Source: an uncultured Actinomycetes bacterium (GTDB lineage: Bacteria; Actinomycetota; Thermoleophilia; Gaiellales; JAICJC01). Taken from it: a DNA stretch of 64,000 bases. The notes under the pieces were generated by a model. That model was not told the origin of the DNA. It saw only the letters and a list, made by a program, of their open reading frames with translations, and searched no databases. Shown piece after piece: positions 40,506 through 48,783 of this stretch (its first letter is position 1; each line of letters starts with the position of its first letter). The position numbers and the translations under genes were made by a program. The stretch is from NCBI GenBank assembly GCA_963701125.1, contig OY969568.1, positions 110,914-174,913 on the forward strand, given 5' to 3'.

Positions 40506-41002
40506 CCCGGGTTCGGGCCGCCGTGCCGGCCGACGGCGTCTCGATCGGCGCGCTCGCGGCGCGCGCCTGGCGGGCGGCGTATGCGGGGCTGCTCGCGCCC
40601 GACGTCCTGAACGGCCTGGACGGTGCGCAGCAGGGAGGCGAGTGGCACGCATACCTGACCGGCCTGCCCGCCCGCGATCGGATGTGGGTGACGGGCGCCG
40701 TCGGCGCGATCACGGGCTTCGCACGGACGGGTCCGTGCCGCGATCCCGATGTCGGCGCGTCGACCGGCGAGGTGCACGGCCTCTACATCGACCCCGATCT
40801 GATCGGGACGGGTCTGGGCCGCAGCCTCTTCGAGCACGCGGTGGCCGACCTACACGAGCGCCACGTGCCGGTCGTCGTCTGGCACTTCGCCGGGAACGAC
40901 CGTGCCGCGCGCTTCTACGAGCGAGCCGGCTTCATGCTCGACGGCGCCGAACGCGAGAGCGATTTCGGGGTCGTCGAGGTGCGCCGCCGGGCGATGGTCT
41001 AG
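40493..41002 (+). CDS. GNAT family N-acetyltransferase
   Basis: Acetyl-CoA motif region LYIDPDLIGTGLGRSLFEHAV...NDRAARFYERAGF. The start is uncertain (GTG 40493 chosen). Confidence 0.75.
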   Translation: MGALTRVRAAVPADGVSIGALAARAWRAAYAGLLAPDVLNGLDGAQQGGEWHAYLTGLPARDRMWVTGAVGAITGFARTGPCRDPDVGASTGEVHGLYIDPDLIGTGLGRSLFEHAVADLHERHVPVVVWHFAGNDRAARFYERAGFMLDGAERESDFGVVEVRRRAMV

Positions 41003-41727
41003 CGGCCGGCGATCGCCACGGCGACGTCGTGCGCCGAGTGCTCGAGCCGGTCGTCGAGCGGCTCGAGCGCGACCGTCCCGTGGCGGCGCTCGAGCGCTGC
41101 GGCGATCAGGAAGTCGGCGAGCGCAGGATTCTTGGGCAGGAGCGGCCCGTGGACGTAGGTGCCGACGATGCGCCCGGCGCGGACGCCCTCGCCGCCGTCG
41201 CGGCCGTTGTTGCCGTGGCCGTGCAGCACCCGCCCGAGCGGCCGCAGGCCGTCCCCGAGCTGGGTGCGGCCGGCGTGGTTCTCGAAGCCGACCACGGTCA
41301 TGGGCTCGCCGGGGCGAAGCTCGCAGTCGATCGTGATGTTCCCGATCGTCCGCGTCTGCCCGGCCTCGGTGACGAGGTCGACGAGGCTCGTGCCGCGCAT
41401 CTCGTCGCCCCTGTGGCCGCGGTAGTAGTGCCCGAGCATCTGGTAGCCGCCGCAGACCGCCAGGAGCCAGGCGCCGTCGTCGACGGCCGCGCGCAGGCCG
41501 TCTGTCCGCGCGCGCATATCGTCGGCGATCAGGAGCTGGTCGCGGTCCTGGCCGCCGCCGACGTAGTAGAGGTCGGCGTCCGGAAGGTCGTCGCCCGGCC
41601 CGCAGCCGTCGACGCGGAAGCCGATCCCGCGCCACTGCGTGCGGGCGCGCAGGACGGCGATGTTGCCGCGATCGGCATAGATGTTCAGGTGCTCGGGGTA
41701 GAGGTGGCAGACGCGCAGGTCGGTCAT
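40999..41727 (-). CDS. gatD: lipid II isoglutaminyl synthase, glutaminase subunit GatD (CobQ-type glutamine amidotransferase)
   Basis: HLYPEHLNIYADRGNI...LYYVGGGQDRDQ...LAVCGGYQMLG...NHAGRT...VGTYVHGPLLPKNP. The start overlaps the stop of upstream murT. Confidence 0.88.
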   Translation of the reverse strand: MTDLRVCHLYPEHLNIYADRGNIAVLRARTQWRGIGFRVDGCGPGDDLPDADLYYVGGGQDRDQLLIADDMRARTDGLRAAVDDGAWLLAVCGGYQMLGHYYRGHRGDEMRGTSLVDLVTEAGQTRTIGNITIDCELRPGEPMTVVGFENHAGRTQLGDGLRPLGRVLHGHGNNGRDGGEGVRAGRIVGTYVHGPLLPKNPALADFLIAAALERRHGTVALEPLDDRLEHSAHDVAVAIAGR

Positions 41728-43100
41728 GCCGGCTCCCAGTAGGGCCGCACGACCCCGCGCCGCTGGAGCACGGCGCGCAGCTCGAGCATCGCCGTGTAGG
41801 TGCAGAGCAGATAGGCGGGGCCGTCGCCATCGGCGAGCGCCTGGTCGAGCCCGTCGGCGATCCCCTCGGCCACGATCAGCCGGTCGGTCTCGATCCCACC
41901 GTATTTCAGCCGCATCGCCATCTCGGAGGCCCGCGTCCCGGTCGTCACGATCTCCTGCACGCCGCCCGCGAGCAGCTCGAAGTCGACGTCCCAGATCCAC
42001 GACACGTCGCGACCGTCGGCGATGCGGTCGTTGAGGGCGATCAGGAGCTGCTTGGGGCGCTCGTCGGAGGCGAGCGTGCGGATGAGCTCGTTCGCCCCGG
42101 CCGGGTTCTTGGCCAGCAGCAGCACGGCGTCGCGCTCGCCGATGCGCAGGCGCTCGAAGCGGCCGAACGCGGCGTCGAAGCGCTCGAGGCCGACGGCGAG
42201 CCGCTCGACGTCGACCCGGCCGACCGCGCAGGCCGCCGCCGCCGCGGCGAGCGCGTTGTAGACGTTGTAGAGGCCCGGCAAGGGCAGCTCGACGGCCGCG
42301 TCGCCGAGCGGCGTGCGCAGCACGAACCGGGTGCCGTCGAGCCCCATCGGCGCGATGGTGTCGGCCCACACATCGAGGCGCGGACGCCGGCGGCCGCAGC
42401 CCGGACAGCTCCAGTCGCCCAGATGGCCGAGGTAGACGTGGTCGTAGCGCAGCCGTGTGCCGCACGCCGGGCACCACTTCGAGTCGCTCGCATGCTGCAT
42501 CTCGGCCAGCTCCGAGCCCGCGTCGTCGATCCCGAAGGTGAGCGTCGGCCCGGCGTGCTCGAGCGACGCCAGCAGCGGGTCGTCGCCGTTTCGGACGAGC
42601 TGCGCCTCGCCGGGCAGCTGCGCGGTCATCTCCTGCCAGCGGGCGGCGATCGCCTCGAGCTCGCCGTAGCGGTCGAGCTGATCGCGGAAGAGGTTGCCGA
42701 GCACGGTCACATGCGGCCGCAGGCCGCGGGCGACGCCCGGGAGGGCCGCCTCGTCCACCTCGAACACGCCCAGGTCGGCCCGGCGGCAGTGCAGGAGCGC
42801 CGAGGCGACCCCCGATGCCAGGTTGGCCCCGGCGGTGTTGCGGCACAGCGACCGCTCGGGCTCGAGCATCGAGGCGAGCATCTTGGCGGTCGTCGTCTTG
42901 CCGTTCGTCGCCGACACCGCAACCGCTCCCTCGGTCAGGCGGGGCGCCATCCGCTCGATCGCGTCGGGCGCCATGCGCAGGAGCAGCTTCCCGGGCAGCG
43001 TGGTGCCGCCGCCGGCGTGCGTGCGCCGCGACAGCCCCGCCGCCGCGCGTGCGGCGGCGACCTTGGCAGGGAACCCGGTCACCGCTCGAACTCTACCCAT
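41724..43100 (-). CDS. murT: lipid II isoglutaminyl synthase, Mur-ligase-like subunit MurT
   Basis: Mur ligase P-loop (VSATNGKTTTAKM), a Cys4 zinc ribbon typical of MurT (CPACG...CPGCG) and the C-terminal DUF1727-like region (DGRDVSWIWDVDFE). Confidence 0.9.
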   Translation of the reverse strand: MGRVRAVTGFPAKVAAARAAAGLSRRTHAGGGTTLPGKLLLRMAPDAIERMAPRLTEGAVAVSATNGKTTTAKMLASMLEPERSLCRNTAGANLASGVASALLHCRRADLGVFEVDEAALPGVARGLRPHVTVLGNLFRDQLDRYGELEAIAARWQEMTAQLPGEAQLVRNGDDPLLASLEHAGPTLTFGIDDAGSELAEMQHASDSKWCPACGTRLRYDHVYLGHLGDWSCPGCGRRRPRLDVWADTIAPMGLDGTRFVLRTPLGDAAVELPLPGLYNVYNALAAAAAACAVGRVDVERLAVGLERFDAAFGRFERLRIGERDAVLLLAKNPAGANELIRTLASDERPKQLLIALNDRIADGRDVSWIWDVDFELLAGGVQEIVTTGTRASEMAMRLKYGGIETDRLIVAEGIADGLDQALADGDGPAYLLCTYTAMLELRAVLQRRGVVRPYWEPA

Positions 43101-43137
43101 GGTGCCGTTGACGCCGCCTCAAGGCACCGCGTTTCAC

Positions 43138-43165
43138 TTGCACGGTTCCGGAGTTTTGCTATAAC
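43138..43165 (+). promoter_or_regulatory. candidate sigma70-type promoter for the repeat-protein gene
   Basis: TTGCAC-16 nt-TATAAC, about 40 nt upstream of ATG 43204, which has a GGGGGAG RBS. Confidence 0.4.
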
Positions 43166-43203
43166 CTCCGCAGGGCGAATCCGAGCCTGGGGGAGAGCCG
43201 AGC

Positions 43204-43887
43204 ATGAGACGCAAGACGGTCTATCGCGCGATCGAGGGCATCGATCGCTCCCAGCTTGAGCAGTTCCAGGCCGGGATGCGCAAGCGCTACTCCGACGAGC
43301 ACATCCTCGAGGAGCTGCGCGCGTGCGCGGACCGGCTCGGGCGATCGCCGACGATGCGCGAGTTCGAAGCCGACCCTGGCACGACCGTGCACCCGCAGAC
43401 CGTCATCGAGCACTTCAAGTCGTGGAATCGGGCCAAGCGCCTGGCAGGGCTCGTGCCGCGCCGGTTCGCCACCCAGGACGAGCTCCTGCGGCTGCTGCGC
43501 GATCTCGGCGACGAGCTCGGCCGCGTGCCGACGGCGAAGGACATCGAGGCGCGCAAGGGCGCGATGCCGTCCAAATCGCTCTACTGGCACACGTTCGGAT
43601 CGCTCAACAACGCTCTCAAGCAGGCCGGCTTCGACGTGCCGGTCGGCGAGGAGCGGCTCGAGCGGGCCGTCGAGCAGGGCGCGGCGCTCTCGCTGCGCAG
43701 CGGCCGGCTGCCGAAGTTCGCCGACTGGGCCCAGGCCCGGCGCACCGATCCCTCGATGCTGACCGAGTGGCAGGTCTACCGCATGTTCGATGCGCGCCGC
43801 GGCGCGTGGTCGACGTTCCAGTACCTGATCCGCAAGCGCCTGGAGCAGCGGGGCGTGGCGATCTCGCCCGAAGGCCGCGTCAGCTGA
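43204..43887 (+). CDS. protein made of three homing-endonuclease-associated repeats, with no nuclease domain
   Basis: Three tandem repeats of about 55 aa: ILEELRACADRLGRSPTMREFE...HFKSWNRAKRLAGL; LLRLLRDLGDELGRVPTAKDIE...HTFGSLNNALKQAGF; and a third, degenerate copy. Confidence 0.65.
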   Translation: MRRKTVYRAIEGIDRSQLEQFQAGMRKRYSDEHILEELRACADRLGRSPTMREFEADPGTTVHPQTVIEHFKSWNRAKRLAGLVPRRFATQDELLRLLRDLGDELGRVPTAKDIEARKGAMPSKSLYWHTFGSLNNALKQAGFDVPVGEERLERAVEQGAALSLRSGRLPKFADWAQARRTDPSMLTEWQVYRMFDARRGAWSTFQYLIRKRLEQRGVAISPEGRVS

Positions 43888-45322
43888 TATGGGGTGAGGT
43901 TTGTCAAGTCGGCATGGCTGTGAGGCCCCGTGTGTGCGGGGCCTCAGGTGTCTTGGGTGGGGGGAGCGCGGCGGCAGTCGTCGACGCGTTGTGTCGCGGC
44001 TGATATGCGCGGGTCGGGACCGCATGACCGGGTGTGCGAGTTGAGGAGTGGTGCCGCTCTCTAGGGTCGGGCGTCGTCGTGGTGACGGGCTCATAGCTGA
44101 CTCGCGGGTCGCTCCTCACGTCTTGCGCCGCTCGCGCTCTCCTCACCGACCGGGTGATCCGGCTGTGCGCCAGTGCCCAGCAGTGGCCGGCGAGCTCGCG
44201 GGCGACGGCGACCGCGACGACGGTGCGGCGTTTGCCGCGACGCTCGAGCGCGTGCCAGCGTCGATGCAGGCGGCGGGCACTTGCGTCCGCGCGAGCGCGA
44301 ACGGGCGCGGGCTGGCCTATGCGGCGGCGCTCGAGCAGGTTGCTCGCTCGCAGGGGTTGGCGTTGGTGCCAGGCGGCTTCAACCAGCAGCCGCCGCGCGT
44401 GGGTGTGACCGGTCTTGGTGATCGCGCCCAGCTTGCGCCGCTCGCCGGTTGAGTCCTCACTCGGGGTGAGTCCCAGAAACGGTCCCAGCGCCTCGGCTCG
44501 GAAGCGGCTCCAGTCTCCGATCTCGACGGTGAGCGCGAGCGCCGTCAGGGTGGCGATACCGCGCAGACACACGAGCCGGCCGACGACATCGACGAATGGC
44601 GGCTCCGCCGCGAGCTCCGCGATCGCCTGGTCGAGCGAGTCGCGGCGCGTCTTGGCCTGCAGCATCGCTGCGTATGACTCGTCGAACGCGAGCCGCAGCG
44701 GGCGGCTCGCGAACTGCTGTCGACGCATCCACGCATCATGTGCCTGCGTCCACGCGCTGGCGTCGTACACGCACCCGTGGCGTAGAAGCAGCTTCGACAG
44801 CCGATGCCGCGCCCGCATCAGCTCGCCGCGCGCGTCCTCGCGGGCACGCACCAGATCGCGGGCGGCCTCCTCGTGCGGCTCGGGAATGCGTACCCACCAG
44901 CTCACCCAAGCGCAAAAGCCGCGCCAGCCGCTCCGCGTCGCGGCGGTCGGTCTTCACCTTGTCACCCGACGCCCGCGGGATCTTCGACGGCGCCGCCACC
45001 ACGCAACTGATCCCCGCAGACGCGCACGCCCGCGCCAACCCGTACCCGGTCGGCCCCGCCTCGTAGGCGACCCGCACCGGCGCCGGCAACTCGCGTAGCC
45101 ACGCGACCGTCTCCACCGGCAGGCTCGGCACCCGACACGTACGCAGCTCACCGCTGCCCGCGTCCAACACACCCGCCACCGTCTTACGCGCGTGCACGTC
45201 CAACCCGATCCACGTACCCTCCGACATACCGGCGCCTCCCGCAATTGCGGCTCTACCGCCGCGCCAACCGCGACGGCAACCCGCGCCAACCTACGAACGA
45301 GGCGCCGGGTCACGCCCCATAT
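43887..45322 (-). mobile_element. IS110-family insertion sequence (about 1.4 kb) between two convergent stop codons
   Basis: It carries a DEDD-type IS110 transposase. Imperfect terminal inverted repeat ATATGGGGTGA (43887-43897) / TCACGCCCCATAT (45310-45322). ATATGG occurs at both junctions. Internal hairpin GAGGCCCCG-TGTGTG-CGGGGCCTC at 43922-43945. Confidence 0.75.
43904..45227 (-). pseudogene. IS110 family transposase, frame interrupted near 44891-44900
   Basis: N-terminal DEDD_Tnp_IS110 (WIGLDVHARKTVAGVLD...VAYEAGPTGYGLAR...KTDRRDAERLARLLRLGELV), then a frame break. It continues VRIPEPHEEAARDLVRAREDARGELMRARHRLSKLL...GIATLTALALTVEIGDWSRF...GLTPSEDSTGERRKLGAITKTGHTHARRLLVEAAW. Confidence 0.88.
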
Positions 45323-45325
45323 GGT

Positions 45326-45823
45326 CTAGCTTGCAGGGCCGCAGACCGGGCAGGCCGCCTGCTCGAGCAGGTCAAGCGCTGCCACCTCGGCGAGCGCGTC
45401 GGTGAGGAGCTGTGCCCACACACCAGAGCACACGTCGACGTCGAGCAGATGCTCCCAGTGAAGGGTGTTCAGGCCCACAGTCACCTTCACCTGGGCGACG
45501 GCCGGGGCGCCCGGCTCGGCGTCGCGGGCGGAGGTGAGCTCGATCGGCGCGCACAGCGACACGGATGCGCACTGATCGCCTGCGGCGAGCCGCAGCAGAT
45601 AGAACGGCGGCTCGGCGCCACCCAGGTCGACATAGCGGTATCCGCGCGCGGCGGGCTGATCGGGGACGAGCGCGTGCGAGCAGCCCGAGGCGATGCGCTG
45701 AGCGTCGCGGGGGCTGAGACCTTCGGGAAGGGGGGCGTGAGCAGGATGCATGCAGTGGTATTCGGCCGCCGCCGGGGCCGGGCCATCCCCCGACAGCGTT
45801 AACGCACACCGGCCAGGCTGCAA
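45326..45823 (-). CDS. hypothetical protein
   Basis: High-GC3 ORF with no family recognised. It has a C-terminal CPVCG. The start is uncertain: TTG at 45823 or ATG at 45751 ([11 protein letters not shown]). Confidence 0.4.
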   Translation of the reverse strand: MQPGRCALTLSGDGPAPAAAEYHCMHPAHAPLPEGLSPRDAQRIASGCSHALVPDQPAARGYRYVDLGGAEPPFYLLRLAAGDQCASVSLCAPIELTSARDAEPGAPAVAQVKVTVGLNTLHWEHLLDVDVCSGVWAQLLTDALAEVAALDLLEQAACPVCGPAS

Positions 45824-45981
45824 ACCGGCGCAATCGGCCCGGCGCGCCTGAAAGCCCGGCCGAGGGAGCGCGCAGCGCTGCTCGATTTCGGCGAGTGCCT
45901 CTCAAGAGATCAGGCGGCCACGCCGATTCACTTGGGCACAGGGTGAAACCCGCCCGACGACGAGCCTTCGACCGAAAGCCG

Positions 45982-46926
45982 ATGCCCGTGACCCCCGTAG
46001 CGCCCGAAGATGATCCGAACACGCCCGGCCCGGCTGCCGCGCCCGAGTTCGACAAGCCCGACGCGGTAGAGGAGCTCGATCTCACGGACGCGCCCGCGGC
46101 CGCCGTCGACCTGCTGCATACCTACGTCCGCCAGATCGGCGACGGCGCACTCCTGACGCGCGCCGAGGAGCTCGAGCTCGCCCGGCGCAAGGATCGCGGC
46201 GACATGGACGCGAAACGGCATCTGGTCGAGGCCAACCTGCGCCTCGTGATCTCGATGGCGCGCGCGTACTCATCGTCCGGCGTGCCCCTGCTCGACCTGA
46301 TCCAGGAGGGCAACATGGGGCTCATGCGCGCCGTCGAGAAGTTCGACGCAAGCCGTGGCTACAAGCTTTCGACCTACGCCACCTGGTGGATCCGCCAGTC
46401 GATGTCGCGCGCGATCGCCGACCAGGCGCGCACGATCCGGCTCCCGCTGCACGTGCTGGACGTGATCAAGAAGCTGCATCGCGCCAACCGCTCGCTGACG
46501 CAGAAGCTGGGCCGCGAGCCGCTCACGGCCGAACTGGCCGCCGAGCTGAAGCTGCCCGTCGAGCGCGTGATCGAGCTCCAGCGGATGATCGAGGATCCGG
46601 TGTCGCTCGAGGGCCCCGTCGGCGACGGCGAGTCCAACTTCTCGGAGATGGTCGAGGACACGAACATCCGCCAGCCCGACACGCTCATCGTGCGCCGTCA
46701 GCGCGAGGAGGAGCTGCATGCTGCCCTCGAGGAGCTGAACGAGCGGACGCGGCACGTGCTCGAGGCCCGCTTCGGCCTGAACGACCGCGATCCGGCAACG
46801 CTCGAGCAGGTCGGCGCCGAGATCGGCGTCACCCGCGAGCGCGTCCGCCAGATCGAGACGCGCGCGCTGCGCGAGCTCGAGTCGAAGAACCCGGGCCTGC
46901 GCGACTTTCTCCGCGGCCAGGACTAA
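45982..46926 (+). CDS. RNA polymerase sigma factor, RpoD/SigA family (group 1/2-like, short N-terminus)
   Basis: Regions 1.2 to 4.2 are recognisable: [90 protein letters not shown]. Confidence 0.9.
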   Translation: MPVTPVAPEDDPNTPGPAAAPEFDKPDAVEELDLTDAPAAAVDLLHTYVRQIGDGALLTRAEELELARRKDRGDMDAKRHLVEANLRLVISMARAYSSSGVPLLDLIQEGNMGLMRAVEKFDASRGYKLSTYATWWIRQSMSRAIADQARTIRLPLHVLDVIKKLHRANRSLTQKLGREPLTAELAAELKLPVERVIELQRMIEDPVSLEGPVGDGESNFSEMVEDTNIRQPDTLIVRRQREEELHAALEELNERTRHVLEARFGLNDRDPATLEQVGAEIGVTRERVRQIETRALRELESKNPGLRDFLRGQD

Positions 46927-46950
46927 CAGCACCCCGAAGCCGGGCTGGCA

Positions 46951-46970
46951 GACTTCACAGACGTGAAGTC
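46951..46970 (+). promoter_or_regulatory. hairpin whose 3' arm contains the GTG start codon of the downstream membrane protein gene
   Basis: GACTTCAC-AGAC-GTGAAGTC, an 8-bp perfect stem 25 nt after the sigma gene stop. GTG 46963 is the first base of the 3' arm. Confidence 0.35.
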
Positions 46971-47910
46971 GCTGCATCACTTCTGGCACGCCACCACCGA
47001 TTTCTGGGCGCACCTGACCGACGTACGCGTCGACGCGCTCCTGATCGCGATCGCGTTCACCCTGGTGAACCTGATCCTGCGGGCAACGGCCTGGCGGATC
47101 ATCCTGCAGGCGGGCTACAGCGAAGGCCGCATCCGCTGGCGCAGCATCGTCGGCGCGTACCTGGCCGGAGTCGGCGTGAACAGCATCGTGCCGGCTCGCG
47201 GCGGCGACGTGATGAAGGTCTACCTGGCGCACCGGGCGATGCCCAAGGCGGCCTACACGACGATCACCTCGAGCCTTCTGGCCGAGACCCTCGTCGACGT
47301 CGTGATCGGCCCGGCGCTCCTGATCGCGGCCTACCTGACCGGACGCATCCCGCACCTGCCGGCGCTCGGCAACCTGGCGGCGTTCGAGTGGAGCTTCTTC
47401 GCGGCGCACGCACGCTGGTTCATGCTCGGCCTGGCGGTGGTGCTGATCCTGCTCGGCGTGTTCTTCACCTATGTGGAGCGGCACGTCGTCGCGTTCTGGA
47501 CGCGGGTACGGCTGGGCCTCGCGATCCTGCTCACGCCGCGGCGCTACTTCCGCACGGTCGTGCCGCTGCAGCTCGCCGGCTGGGGCTGTCGCATCGCCGC
47601 GATGTACTGGTTCCTCGTGGCGTTCCGCGTGCCGGCCGGGGTCGTCGACGCCGCGCTCGCGCTGTCGGCCCAGAGCGCCTCGACGCTCCTGCCGCTGACA
47701 CCGGGCGGCGTCGGCACCCAGCAGGCGCTGCTCGGCTACATGTTCCGCAACGCCGCCGCGACGAGCCGCGTGCTCGCGTTCAGCATCGGCATGCAGGTCG
47801 CGATCACCGCCGCCAACGCGATCGCGGGCGGGATCGCGATCTGGCTCATGCTGCGGCGCCTGCCGTGGCGGGCCCGGACGGCCGGCGCCGACGGCGTCGC
47901 TCCCAGCTGA
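46963..47910 (+). CDS. lysylphosphatidylglycerol synthase TM-region family (UPF0104, flippase-like) membrane protein
   Basis: Multi-pass membrane protein with the pattern LRATAWRIIL...AYLAGVGVNSIVPARGGDVMKVYL, typical of the LPG_synthase_TM family. Confidence 0.75.
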   Translation: MKSLHHFWHATTDFWAHLTDVRVDALLIAIAFTLVNLILRATAWRIILQAGYSEGRIRWRSIVGAYLAGVGVNSIVPARGGDVMKVYLAHRAMPKAAYTTITSSLLAETLVDVVIGPALLIAAYLTGRIPHLPALGNLAAFEWSFFAAHARWFMLGLAVVLILLGVFFTYVERHVVAFWTRVRLGLAILLTPRRYFRTVVPLQLAGWGCRIAAMYWFLVAFRVPAGVVDAALALSAQSASTLLPLTPGGVGTQQALLGYMFRNAAATSRVLAFSIGMQVAITAANAIAGGIAIWLMLRRLPWRARTAGADGVAPS

Positions 47911-48012
47911 GCCTCTTCTCCCCACGCACGATAATGCTGGTTATGTCAAGTTGAAGATTTCGGCGGTTCTGAACGGGGTGCCGCGCGGCCACCCCACCGG
48001 CGGGCGCCGGGC

Positions 48013-48738
48013 TCAGCCCGCGAGCGGGTGCGTCGGATCGACCGGCGCCAGGTAGGCGCGCCGCAGGCGCGTCTGCGCCTGCCGCTCTCGCGCCGTCGCG
48101 AGCACGTCCGCGCCGGAGCCGGCGTCGGCGAGCTCGGCGAAACCCACTGCGCCGATCGCAAGATCACGGGAGATGCGCTCGCTGGCCCCGATCGCCGATC
48201 GGACGCGCTTGAAGGCAGACCGGGCCTCGAACGTGCCCGCACGGGGAAAGAGCAGGGCGAACTGGGCGGCGCCGACGTGACCGACGCGATCGTCCTGACG
48301 CACGGCCGAGAGCGCGAGCTCGCCCACCTCGGCGACGGTGTCCGCCTGGTCGATCATGCCCGGGCCCATCTCGAAACCGATCACCTCGAACACGGCGACG
48401 GCCAGCGGCTGGCCGCGCCAGCGGGCGATGGCAGTGGCCCGCTCGAGCTCGAGGGCGAATCCGTGTGCGTCGAGCGTGCGCCCCGTCGAGGCGCCGCCGG
48501 CGGCGAGCGCGAGCCTGGCGCTGCCGGAGAGCACCGAGACGAACGCGCGCTCGAGGCGGTCGGGGCTGCCGCTGCAGTCGATCTCGACTCCGGTGGACGT
48601 CGCATGCAGCGTGCACTGCACCGACGCACGCGTGACGGCGTCTTTCAGCACGCTCTCGACGGCCTCGGGGTCGGCCTGCGGCGCGCTCAGCGCGGCCGTG
48701 GCATCGGCCAGGATCTCGATCAGGCGTACCTCACGCAT
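48013..48738 (-). CDS. degenerate GGDEF-domain protein (GGDEF motif replaced by GAAQF)
   Basis: It aligns by eye to the GGDEF fold: LAVAVFEVIGFE (DxDxFK region), VRQDDRVGHVGAAQFALLFP (RxGGDEF region), AIGAVGFAEL, ADVLATARERQ. Catalytic residues are absent. Confidence 0.6.
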   Translation of the reverse strand: MREVRLIEILADATAALSAPQADPEAVESVLKDAVTRASVQCTLHATSTGVEIDCSGSPDRLERAFVSVLSGSARLALAAGGASTGRTLDAHGFALELERATAIARWRGQPLAVAVFEVIGFEMGPGMIDQADTVAEVGELALSAVRQDDRVGHVGAAQFALLFPRAGTFEARSAFKRVRSAIGASERISRDLAIGAVGFAELADAGSGADVLATARERQAQTRLRRAYLAPVDPTHPLAG

Positions 48739-48783
48739 CTCCTGACTATCGGGCGTCAGCGGAGATGGCTTGAGGCCTGACTG

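Noticed and set aside
43117-43130. An exact 14-nt repeat CTCAAGGCACCGCG, also at 63427-63440. Both copies lie 15-30 nt upstream (minus strand) of start codons (murT and the PAS kinase).
   Set aside because: By a rough estimate, several exact 14-mers shared by chance are expected within 64 kb of biased composition. Flanking sequence does not extend the match, and the two genes are functionally unrelated.
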